This document shows positions 28,380 to 39,388 of a DNA stretch of 58,983 nt, one piece after another (the stretch's first letter is position 1; each line of letters starts with the position of its first letter). Source of the stretch: Chara braunii (Eukaryota; Plantae; Charophyceae); assembly GCA_003427395.1 (NCBI GenBank), contig BFEA01000001.1:10214654-10273636 (forward strand). Reading direction: 5' to 3'. Both the position numbers and the translations under genes were made by a program. A model generated the notes under the pieces. The model did not search any database, was not told where the DNA came from, and worked only from the letters and a program-made list of their open reading frames with translations.

Positions 28380-30032
28380 ATGTCTTCCCGCCGAGGTGGA
28401 CGGGCGAAGGCTGCCTTGAAGCAGATCGTGGAAGGCGCGACCCCCGCGAAGAAGGGACGTCATCAAGCGAAGAGGCAGAGGAAGGGCGTCCAAGCCGTGG
28501 TTGCTGGCAGTGCGCGGGATGTTGTGGAGGAGGTTGTGGTGGAGGAAGAGATGACGAACGACGACGACGACTTTGAAGATGACGACGATGAACTACTGCC
28601 GAGGAAGGCGAGGGTCGGTTCCAGGGGGGGGATTAGAATAAACGAGGGGAGGGAAGGGAGACCGACCGCACGGCGCGGCGGTGGCGTTGCCGCGGCCAAC
28701 CAACCAGTCTTCGTCGACGTGGCACGCGACGTGGCGCGCGACGTCGCAAGGAGGGACGTCGTTGGCCGTGCGAAGGAAGGGGCCGCATCGCATGAGGCTG
28801 CGCAACGCGTGCTTGAGCCGGTGAATCACCCCCGAACCCCGGCTGCAGACGTGGCGGGGGGTTCCCAAGCAGCGGTTGAAGGTGGGACGTCGCGATCTCC
28901 CGCGGTGGCGGCGCGCGGCGGCGCTGTGGCGGTCCCGGGAGAGGCGGTTGAAGTCCCGAAGGGAGGAGATGGCGCGGCGGGCGGAGAAGACGACGAGGCT
29001 CTGGTGCACAGACTGCGCGGGCAACGAGCGGCGACACATGCGATGGATGCCGCCGTCAAACTTTGGGAGGGTGACAACAGATTCGGGAACGACACGTAGG
29101 GGAGCATCGTAATGAGGATAATCCAAGAAGCGCGCGCGTATCTCTTGGCCGTGGCGCGGGGAGTGCAGCCTCCGGCTATTCGACGGAGCATCTCCCTTCC
29201 ACACAACTCCATCCCCCAACACAAAATCGAGGACGAGTCGGAGCTCAACGCGGCGAAAGAGAGGGCGTTGAAAGTGCAGACAATCTCCCTCAGGGCGATC
29301 CATGGTTGGGTCTTCAAGTCGGAGAGCAGGCAAAGGGGGTATCACATGGCATACCAATACGCGTTGAATCACGCTGCCACGGACATCGCTAGGGCAATGT
29401 GGTCAGCAGAGGACTGGCGCAGTTTGGTGAGCCCAATGTTGTTCCGCACCACATTGAACGCAGACATGAAGTTGCCTTTGTGGTTCGTGGGCGTGAACAT
29501 AGTGGACAGGCACGAGGACGATGAGTGCGCGGCTTACCAGGAAGCTTGTGTCCAGCGTCTTGTGCGGGATTTCACAAGCGCAGTTGGCACGGCAAAAGCT
29601 ATGGACGGCGGTCGAGTGTCGTACGAGCGTCTGAAGGGGATGGCAGAGGCGATGAGGTATTTGCTCGCCGCCACGATGTGGATTATGCGAATGGCGGGGG
29701 ACGATCCGAGATCGCATTACGACGCTTGGGTTTTCGTTCAACGGACGGCGAAGACAACGCTGCTGGCGTCCATGAACTGTCAGTTCGACACCCGCCGACA
29801 CATCACGCAATCCGCGCAGGTCATGACGGACAAGTTGGGGAGACCGCCTCCAACCTTCGCCCCCCCACCTGTGTACATCCCCGATTGGGCGTCTAAGTGC
29901 GGGGTCACTTTCTCGCACGACGCCACGTTGGCCTCCCCGATGGAGGCGAAACGGTTGGATTGGCTGGGGACAGGTCCCCCCGAGGACGACGACGGCGACG
30001 TCGAAGGCGATGACAAAGGCGAGGGGGGGTGA
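28380..30032 (+). pseudogene. Third Harbinger-borne ORF (~550 aa) of unknown function; one in-frame TAG at 29097
   Basis: ORFs 27306..29099 and 29112..30032 share a frame; ATG at 28380; basic/acidic N-terminal half and a globular-looking C-terminal ~300 aa. Confidence 0.65.
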
Positions 30033-31378
30033 CGCATAGACGACGTTGATGGTGAGGGCGAGGAGGGGATGATGCGCAGGCCCTGTTCAGATGGCAGGTA
30101 CAAGAGGATGGTGGGAGGGGGGGGACGTAAGGGGGGGGGGGGGGGGAGAAAGTGTTTGTGCCATCGTTTACGACTCTGTTCAGGGCAGGACGCCATGACC
30201 GTGCGGGGTTTGTTCGACTACCGTGGGAACGATCGTCGTACAAGTGTTGCTTTCTGGTATCGTTGATGACTGTATTCGGGGCAGGACGCCATTTGGAAGT
30301 GTTTTTATTGGCAGTTTTTTTTTTTTTTTCGCTGGATTTCGGCATGCCACTGTTCAGAGGTGGCATGCGTAGTAGAAGGTGTGCATTGGTAGCGCACCGA
30401 ATATCCTTATGGGTGATGTTCTTTTTTAACTTCGCAACGATGCGAGGTCTTTTGTTTTCATTCCATTCATCACTTTTTTGTTTTTTTTTACCTNTTTTTT
30501 TTTTTTTTTTTTTTTTTTTGGAAAACGTATGCATGGCGGGTATGGTTTCATCTTTCATTGTCTGTTGAATTTTCGTGGCAACAAAGTTATGCGTCATGTT
30601 TCCAACGTATCGAACGTCCAATCCATCCTTCCGCCTTCCTTTCCTAAAAACAAAAAACAAAAAAATAAAATTTATAATACACAAAACAATTGTGTTGCAA
30701 ACCCATGCAATAGCAACTCCCTTCAACATAACAACAAGAGAAATGCGGAATGAACTGGGTTTGGCATACAACATTGTGAGCGAAGGAAACTCAAATCTGA
30801 AAAAGGGATTCCCCTTAGAATGCGAAAGCATTTCCAGGTACCAGGAACGTTGCATTGTTTCCAATCAAACCCCTCACCCCACCCTCCCCCCGCCCCCCTC
30901 TCGCCCGTCATCCCCCATCATCATAAGTACTGCACGTTGCACGCATGGAACGTGCAACCCCATCACGCGCACCCGCCATAACGGCAATATCCGCAAGCAC
31001 CAACTATACTACCTGAGCGAACAATAACGCTAACCTGCCCGTACTCCCTGTCCATGGACAAGGAAAAAAAGAAAAAAAAAAACAAATAAAAAATACAAAA
31101 AAGAAACTAAAAACCAAGCGACAGCGCACATAAGCCAGTCGTCGGCACTCAACACTGGACAACTAACCGCACCGACCACGCGAGACACGCCGGCCACATC
31201 TCGCTTGAACGACGCTACCACGGCCGGACTGCCATCGTCGACCGCCTCTTGCTGTGAGAAGTCTACCTCCACTTCCTCCCGCCACCGGATCTCCTCGGTG
31301 CTCCCCCGCTTCCCACAGCTTCGTCCCTCAGACTCGTTCCATTCATGGCGGGGTCTCCACCTGCGAACACGGCCAACC

Positions 31379-32738
31379 TCACTGCGCAATCATCCGCTCC
31401 GCCAATGCGTCCCTCAATATCAGCGCATCCCCCATCGTAGACTCCATGCACACTGGCCTCAATGGCTGATGCATCCCCAGATCCACTCTACAACGCACGC
31501 CGTCTGGACCCACTTCCCACAGCAGATTGTCGTCAAACGGGACGCCGGCGTCGATGAGTATGTTGTGGAGGATGCAGACGGCGACAAATTGTTGTGGCAA
31601 GCTGTCCATGTTGCACTTGTGGGTGCGGAGGAACAACCTCCACATCCCCTTCAGTCTGCCAAACGCCCTCTCCACTGCTCCCCTGGCCGTCTTCTGTTTG
31701 TTGTCGAAGCGTGCCTCCGTCGGGTGTTGCGCGAGACCGCCGTAAGGGACGACTATCCATTCCGACTGCGGATAACCATTGTCGCCGAGCAAGTAGCCAT
31801 TAGTCCGCACACCGAAAGGCAGCATCACATGCGGGCCAGTGAAAAGTTGTCCTGACTCCGCGAGCACCCACAAACTCGACAGGTTCAGCATCCTCATGTT
31901 ATGCACACTCCCCGGATAACCGACGAAGACGTCCAACACACGGAAGTTCATGTCGACCACCACTTGCGCCTGCACGGAGAATCGACGTCTCCTGTCGCAG
32001 TAGTCCCCACCGTTGGCGTTCGCGGGTTTGTCGATGTAGATATGTGTGCAGTCGATGCACCCATGGTAGTTTGGAAACCCCTTGGCCGCGAAGGCGCGCA
32101 ACACGACCGCCTTTTGCAAACCTGTGGGCCATGATATCTTGTCGGGGTAAGCAGTCAGCAACGCCGCCGTGACGTCACGCACCGCCGTGATGTCGGAAGC
32201 CCTCCCGATGCCGAAGCTACACGTCCCGCTGTCGTACGTCTCCCCCGTCGCCCACCTATACAGTGCATACGCAATGATGTGGTCTGGCTGCAAAGGCACC
32301 CTTTAGAACGTCACACGACGTTCAAGGAGTGGGGAAAGAGTCTCCGCGATCTCGCGGAAAACACGAGGCGACATTCGAAGCTTCTCCTTGAAGTAATCAT
32401 CCGTGGCGTCATCACATTGCCGCAGATCCTCCCACGTGCCGCCGGTTCGCCGCTTCACCCACCACCGTGGAGTTGCCCGTGGAAACCCCCCGCACCCCAT
32501 CGCGTAGCAGACCTCCAGCACCGCGTCGGAAATGGCAGCCACATCCAAGCACTGCCCAGTCGTCAGAAGCGCCATGAGCTTGCGCCGTGCACGAACAGCC
32601 GCTTTGAAGTTNGNGTCNTTGCTCGCCATCTGGCAGCNGAAGAGGACGGCATTAACCACCGCAGCAATAGCNGTCCTCTCCGCCGNCGTCAAACCACCGC
32701 GCCCTGCCCCGCCGTCAACGTCCATCNCAGACGCCGCT
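31379..32738 (-). pseudogene. Harbinger DDE transposase (HARBI1-like) with an in-frame stop at ~32303
   Basis: FKEKLRMSPRVF, ALYRWATG, GCIDCTHI, VGYPGSVHN, LLGDNGYP, ARGAVERAFGRLKGMWR, VCILHN. Confidence 0.93.
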
Positions 32739-33731
32739 TCCGATGACATCACGAGATTCACACTGGACTCCACAAACACCNNCACGNNCAAGATCACAGC
32801 GTCGGTGGCTGTGCAATATCTTGGGAGCCACGCACTGATGATGGTCGTCTCCCTTTCCCAGCGCTCACGTTTCGATGTCGTCTCCCTTGCCGCCGACGCG
32901 TAAACGACCGTGCTCATCGATGACAACCGCAGGGGACAATCGTCACTTATGCGAACGACACGAACGCCAGCCGCAGACGCAACCACGCCTGAAACGTACG
33001 TCCTCCACGCGCCGCCGATCGCAAAGCCTGATTTCAAATTTCAAATTTTGAACAGGAGCGCTGCGCGCCATTTCCAAGGGCCCCGGTTTTGTTTTTTTTT
33101 CGTTTCCCGCCCTCCTTCCAATTCGCGACGGCCAACAAAGGTGGACCACCGCCGTCCGCACGGACACAACTCGGTGGACCACCGTCAGCCCCACCCCCGC
33201 GTCCGCTTATGCATATATAAATCGGGGCCGCAGGAGGAATCGTCCTCGGGGGTCGACTCCGAGGATGAGTGGAACGAAGGCGACAATTTCCTCGGGCGAC
33301 TCCGAGGATCGTCCTCGGGGCCCGAGGACGCCCCGAGGAGTGTCGAACGAACCCCTTTGTCAACTTCGTCGTGGATTCCAAATAGGAAAAAAAAAAAAAA
33401 AAAAAGGAAATCCATGGATGAAAGAGAGGTTATCCCCATGGCGCTTTGCCTTTCATTGCATCCTTCTTTCTCAATGCCAAGGCATCCACCGAAGGCATTA
33501 TTTTGGATATAGCAGGGCTCTTTGCGCCCTACTTCTCACTTTCAATATAATGTCGTAGACTACTATCTATTTATTGGTTTTGAGGAATAAGGACTGCTCA
33601 CTTTTCGGTCTCTGAATTATTAGTCAGAAATGCTGCTTTCAGTTTTGAAAAGCAAAACCATTTACTCCACTGCAATGAAGTGCAGCGCTACAAGCGGGCT
33701 GTATACTAATTTCGTCCCTGTCGTCATTGTC

Positions 33732-33874
33732 GGGACTTGATCCCGCAACCTTTGTCTGCTGTGTTGCCTGTTCCTTTGCTGTTTGTTTGTTTGTAGCATT
33801 GCGGGACTTGATCCCGTGACCTGTAACCTGTGTGTTTTGCTTGTGAGTGTTGAGCCCTGTGGGACTTGATCCCC
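33732..33874. repeat. Three spaced copies of GGGACTTGATCCC (mini-hairpin)
   Basis: At ~33732, ~33803 and ~33861. Confidence 0.7.
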
Positions 33875-35199
33875 GAGTCTGTCACTAGTAGTCTCTGTTT
33901 GGTAGTCCTAAGCCATTCGGCCTTTTCCTTTTGCCTTGTCTTAGGTCTAGGTCACCTTTTCCCTTGTTTCCATCTAGATACAAATGAGTCTTGGCTTGTT
34001 GCCTTTGGAGTCCGTCGTAGGTCTACGCAGAGGGTAGAAGTAGCGGGCAGGAAAATGAGTTGGGGTCTTTTCTCGTGTTTTCGGCTGGGGAATTCCCGCT
34101 CGTTCGCTATAGAAGCGTTGCTGCGTTATTTCGGGCGAGGGCATCTTCTTCCTCAAGGCCCAGCCATAGCTGGGGCTGGGATACGAAGTTGGAGGTGGCA
34201 CTGCTGCTATTCAGCAGCTCTGCTCGAGAGCTTCCACAGGACCGTGTTGTTGGGTTTGGGTGCTGCCTTCCTTCACTTGGCAGCCATATCTGCTGTTCCT
34301 CCTCACGAGGAACTTCGTTTTTTTTCTCCTCTTCGAAGTGCTGGATTGGTTGTCTCCTTCTTCATCAGGACTTCCAGCGCTGGACTGTCGTGCAGGCGCT
34401 GAGCTGGCGCTGATATTATTGGGGTTGCTGGTTCAGACTGGCAGGTTGTGACAGCTGTGGGGTTACTGCTGCTACCGCAGCCATAGCCAAGGGTTTCAGG
34501 TGGCGACGAGGAACTTCAAGAAGAAGACTCCTGCAGACTTCGTTGAACACTTGTTTTTTTTGGTTGTTCGGGGTTGTTGTAAACGCAGTTGTGATTCTTG
34601 GAACAAGTACTTTGGATTGATTGGAGGAGGACGACGAGGGATTGCAGAATCGAAATTCGGTTTTCAATTCTCTGTGCATTTAGAGCTTCTGCTGTGCGTA
34701 TCCTCTCTCTGTTTTTGTGTGGATTTGCCTCCTCCGAGTCTACTCTGTAATTGCATGCGTGTATGGGAACGTGTGAATTTGTTGTGGATGGAAGTTCAAT
34801 CGGGTACATAACGCCTGTATGCTCAAGCAAGCATACATGAGATCCTCATCAAGACCCCAGCACCACTGGCGACGCCAGCGCCCACCCCTTGCCAATGTAC
34901 CCCTCCCTCCTTTACCCAGTATCCTCCTCCCCTCTCCTCATTGCAATCCTGTTTCTTGCAGCCTCCTGACACCTCAGGGATTATGCGGTGCGGCCATCCC
35001 TTGTCCAACTATGTGGGATCTGCAGCAGTGATTGCCTTAGATCTCTAGGCGCGGGCCCACACAGGGCCACTGGTTCACCAGCCTTTTTCTCTTTCTTTCT
35101 TTTTTTTTTTTTTTCTCCGCCTTTCCCCTACACGAAAAGCCCTTGTCCACAATGGTGTACTCGCCGCTCGCCCAGTGAGCATTAATTTTGTTTTTGTTT

Positions 35200-36355
35200 T
35201 CCTTGCACACAGGATTCCAAACCAATCTCTTCTTATTGGAAGACCTGCAGGGGAGGGAGGGCGACTTTGTGAAATTATGGAATGTCTTACTCGCCCTCCC
35301 GGACCTCAAACAAGCTAGTTTATTGTGGATGCTCTTGCTGTTGGTTACCCCCTCAGCGGTATGGCTCTGTAGCAGAGGTATGGAAGCCCCCTTGAAGTGT
35401 TCCAGATGCTCCTGGCCCTTCGAGTCAACCAAGCACCTATGGTGGGATTGCCCGGCGTCAAGGAGAGTCTGGAGATGGTGGGAAGAACACTGGGAAAGTC
35501 TGGGAGGGGAGGGGATCGCTTGGGACGAAAAATGGGTACTGGGCTTTGTGGGGAATGAGCAAACAGGGAGAAAAGGATGGCCGTATGTGGCCCATGTGGC
35601 CAGGGCGGTTATCTGTTCGGTCATTTGGGCAGACAGAAACCGCTCCAGATTCGAGGGGCGCCCTTTTTCTGACGCTGAAACTAAAGCAGACATCAAGAGA
35701 GGCCTATGCGCAGCCATTTGGGCCGACTGGCGTAGGAAAGCCAAATGCGGAAGGGGCCCAAGGAGACAACTCTGGTGGTTTCTGTGATCCTGGGCAAAAG
35801 GCAATCAGTTGGCCGGGGTGCATACCTCACGGGGACTGGTGATCTCGAAGTGGCTGAGCTCTTGATAGTTAGATGGAGGTAGTTGGTAGAGGGGGGGGTT
35901 AAGTTGCCGTATAGGTGGACCAGGGTCCCTCGGTCAGTAAGGAGGAGGTTAGAGAGGGCCAGAGACTTAACCAGGGTACTCCGTTGGTAGGGATGCAGTG
36001 GTCCTTTAGGAGAGCCCCAGGGATGGGGGAATAGTATGTTCCACCTGGCCGCTTAGGCCTGGCCGTCGCTTTAGACGCCAAGTTGTAGAAAGAATAATGA
36101 GGTTCAATTGATTAAGTACTCTAGCAGGGTGGAGCTGAATAGTTTCTGAAAGGGGAGGTTGGCTAGAATTCAGATCTGTTTACGTATTTGAATATAGACG
36201 ATTGAAGATATTGAAGTTTGATTACTGCAGATTGTGTTCCTGGTTCGGTTGGGACCGTAAGCTAAACTGGCTGATGCTGCCAGGATAACTCTGGGTCGAA
36301 TTGTGAGGTCCCCGGCCTCAACGATTAATTGGTTCGAAATATAATAAGCTCATTT

Positions 36356-36390
<35 letters not shown>
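35200..36390 (+). mobile_element. 5'-truncated L1/Tx1 LINE (LINE-C): zf-RVT, 3' UTR with type B tail, poly(A)
   Basis: LKCSRCSWPFESTKHLWWDCPASRRVWRWW...VIWADRNRSRFEG; poly(A) ~36359-36390. Confidence 0.85.
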
Positions 36391-36391
<1 letters not shown>

Positions 36392-36417
36392 AATGTCTTT
36401 TTTTTTTTCTTTTTTTT

Positions 36418-36462
36418 TTTCTCGATTTATGCATGTCATCCTTGCGCAGGGGCCACGCTAAT
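36418..36462 (-). ncRNA. U6: U6 snRNA fragment, 3' part (pseudogene), followed by poly(A)
   Basis: Minus strand ATTAGCGTGGCCCCTGCGCAAGGATGACATGCATAAATCGAGAAA; 2 mismatches to plant-type U6 as recalled. Confidence 0.93.
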
Positions 36463-38446
36463 ATGGATAGGGACGGCCATCCTCTCGATTTATGTGTTTT
36501 GAATCTGTTTGTTTGGCTGTTTACCTTTGATTAAGATGGCTGGCAATATGGATAGGGACGGCTGCTTTCATTGTGGCTCTTTGAATCACTGGATGCGAGA
36601 ATGCCCTCGTAGGGTTTCGAGCTTTCGCCCTCCTGTTATGGGCGCTAATGCGGTACCGACAGGACCTCCAATATTGACCCTGCCTCCTCATGCTCATTCG
36701 GCCCCGGCGCCGCCGGCTAATATTGCTCCCTCTTATGGTCTGTCTTCGTCCTCCAATTTCAGATCCGGCAACAACACGGGCTCTGGGAGTGGCCAACAAC
36801 CTCAACAGGCTCGCCCGAATTGGTGGGCTCGTAATCAAGAAAGGCTTGATAAAGTGTATGGTAAGTATGTCGAAGACACCGAACGAGAAGCTAAGAGGAA
36901 GGAGGAGGAAGCCAGAGATAAGGCTAAAAAGGAAGAAGAGGAGAGATTGTTGGCATGGAAAATTGAACGGGAGAAGTTTGAAGCAGCAATGGGAGAACGA
37001 TTGGAAAAAAGGCTGGACGCCTGAGCGATTATGAAAGGCAAGTCGGTTGATGTGAGTGGGGGGGATGTTGTTAATGAGGAGGCGCAGAGGTTGCGCAAGG
37101 AGAATGACGATCTGAAACGTAAATTAAGTGAGGTGTTGTGCCTGGCTGGGGAAGACCGGGTTTTATATCTACAGAATGAGGTCATGGAACTGCGTCGGAA
37201 GGTTGGTGACAAGCAAGTCAACGAGGATGTGATTACTTCCTTGAAGACCGAGATTAGCGAGCTTAAGCAGTCGGCATTTATGAAGATCAATTTTGAACAG
37301 GAGATCGCAGGGTTGAGAAAGGAGGTGAGCGTACTACGTGATCAGAATGAGCGTGTGGTTTCGGAGGCTGGGCAATGGAGAGAGCAAGCCTTGCGGCCAG
37401 GGAATAAGTGGGGAAGTGTGGTGTTGCAGACACCGGAAGTCACAAATCGTGGATCGCCGAAACCACATTGGACGGATAATGTACGGGAAGGGGAGAAATG
37501 GAAGGCTGAATATCGCAACCTGCAGAGCCTTCATCGTTTGGCTAATATCGAAGCAGAGGCGCTCAAGGAGAAGCGGGCTGAGGCTGAAGCCCGGAGGATG
37601 GAGGCGGAAAAGCAGGTTAAGGTGCTGGAGGAGGAGATGAGGAAGCTGATGGCAAGCGGGGAGAGGGGTAACGAAGGAAATATTGGGGGCACGAATCTTA
37701 AAGAGCGACTTGAAGAGGCGGCGCTTCGGTCGGCTCGGAAGGGAGTCAAAGCGACGCCAGGGAGAATGGGTGTTAGGGCCGCGTCGTCGTCAGCACGGCC
37801 TGAGAAGGAGCTTACTCCGAAGCAGGTCGCTACCTCGGTCAATGACCGTACGGAGTTTACCGAGGAACAGAAGCGGCAGCTGCGTATGCTTCGCAAAGCA
37901 GGGTTGGAGCCCATGTGTAAAGAGGAAGGTGTGAAGCTCGGTAAGTTCGAGGATACTGTTTGCGATCTGGCTGAAGCTCGTGCTCGAAAAGCCTTTGGGG
38001 GCGTTGCAGGCCCATCTAAAGGGACTAGCAGCATTCAAGAGGTAAGCGACGATGCTTCGAAGAGCTCCGGCGATGCCGAGGAAGACGAGGGAAAGTCGGT
38101 GGAGCTATAGGAACCTTTCCCGAACGCGTCCTCGCTTTGGTCTTTTGCTGATGAGTGCCGACGAAGTAGGTGCGAAGTAGGGACTTCGGCGGTTGACATC
38201 CACTCTCTCTGTTCTAAGTCTCCTTCTCCTCAAGATTGCTCTTCTTTCTTTCTTCGGGATGCTGAGTACAATGGTTTCTTTAGGCTGGTGGTGATGGGGC
38301 TTATCGCTTTGTCAATGGTCGTCATGAAGGTGTGTTTAGGCCTTATGGCCGGGATGAAGGACTGATATAGGCTATGTGCCGGGATGGTCTGCTCCATGAT
38401 TGGTTGTGACTAATGGATGTTTTTGCGAGTATCTCACACTCTCACA
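36463..38446 (+). mobile_element. ~2 kb retroelement-like insertion within U6, 9-bp TSD
   Basis: Flanked by cacgctaat (36454-36462) and catgctaat (38447-38455); removing it and one TSD copy restores contiguous U6. Confidence 0.85.
36536..38110 (+). pseudogene. Gag/ORF1-like protein: N-terminal CCHC knuckle and long coiled coil (~524 aa; one in-frame TGA at 37022)
   Basis: GCFHCGSLNHWMREC; ORFs 36509..37024 and 37031..38110 are in the same frame; E/K/R-rich heptads. Confidence 0.8.
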
Positions 38447-38473
38447 CATGCTAATCTTCTCTGTATCGTTCCA
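38447..38473 (-). ncRNA. U6: U6 snRNA fragment, upstream part (ACAGAGA box and AGC triad)
   Basis: Minus strand TGGAACGATACAGAGAAGATTAGCATG matches the conserved U6 core at all 27 positions. Confidence 0.93.
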
Positions 38474-38690
38474 TTTTTTTTTATTTTTTATTTTTTATTA
38501 TTTTTTTTTTTTGGTGGAAAGTTGTCCTTTATATTTCATAAAAATGGAACGAGGCCGGGGACCTCACAATTCAACCCGGAGTTATCCTGGCAGCCTCAGC
38601 CAGTTTCGCTTACGAGCCAAGCTCGAAGACCCACCTACTGCTCTTGAAATATCAATTCTACTGCTGGAAACCGGGTCCAGCGTCCCATTA
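38474..38690 (-). mobile_element. LINE 3' tail (type B, preceded by half of a type A motif) with poly(A) abutting U6
   Basis: Reverse complement of 36256-36319; T-rich run 38474-38512; GGGACGCTGGACCCGGTTTCCAGCAG at ~38660-38686. Confidence 0.75.
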
Positions 38691-38941
38691 CTTTAACCAC
38701 TAACTTTCCAAAATTAAATCTTGAAGCGCTTTGCAAAAAGGGACTGCCTTAGCAGCCATGCTTTCCTGAACGTAAGAAATTACAATCAAGTTCATGTCAA
38801 CTATAAGAGATTGGCGCAACGGCCCTGTGTGGCTTTGCTACTCAATATGCGATCTTTAGGCTCAGCCTCCACTCTGTTCTACATCCTATCTTTGTTTCCA
38901 ACTGTAACTCAAACAAAGAAGGACTTCCTCTCTCTCTCCAT

Positions 38942-38992
<51 letters not shown>

Positions 38993-39329
38993 TGTTTAAT
39001 TGTCCCTCCCCTGCCCGACATTCTAGATGTATAGAGCCGTGGTAAAGTCCCGGTGCATTCAATCTTTGAACCAGTATAAATGTATCTGGCGCATAGGCAA
39101 TGCCAGATACATTCAGACAGCTTCAAATCTCGAATGGGGGCCTCTCTCTCTCACACACTTTTTTTTTTTGTGCCCACACACTGATAACGAATGTATACAA
39201 GCCATCTTTCCGTTGCGCGCTATATGTCCGCAACGGGAAAGATAGCATGTCTACATTCGTTACCAGTGTACAGAGAGCGCACGCCTGGGCAAAAAAGCAA
39301 TATATATATCTATATATATATATATATAT

Positions 39330-39388
<59 letters not shown>

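Larger units (their letters stand above)
25095..33355. mobile_element. PIF/Harbinger DNA transposon, ~8.3 kb, three ORFs
   Basis: TIRs GGGCCTCGTTCGACACTCCTCGGGGC / GCCCCGAGGAGTGTCGAACGAACCCC; left flank TTA, right flank TTT; subterminal TCCTCGGGG repeats; convergent Myb and DDE genes. Confidence 0.92.

Noticed and set aside
33866-34810. Possible decayed minus-strand gag-like (Ala/Glu/Gln-rich) sequence
   Set aside because: No continuous frame or diagnostic motif.
36270-36330. Type B tail as a hammerhead (CTGATGC..GAAT) or twister ribozyme
   Set aside because: Catalytic core residues and required pairings are missing and are not conserved in the other copies.
38140-38175. CTGATGAGT-GCCG-ACGAAG minimal hammerhead-like core
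   Set aside because: GAAG instead of GAAA, and no stems I or III.
36463-38446. Insert as a spliceosomal intron in U6 (as in some fungi)
   Set aside because: No GT..AG ends on the U6 strand; it has a TSD and an antisense ORF.
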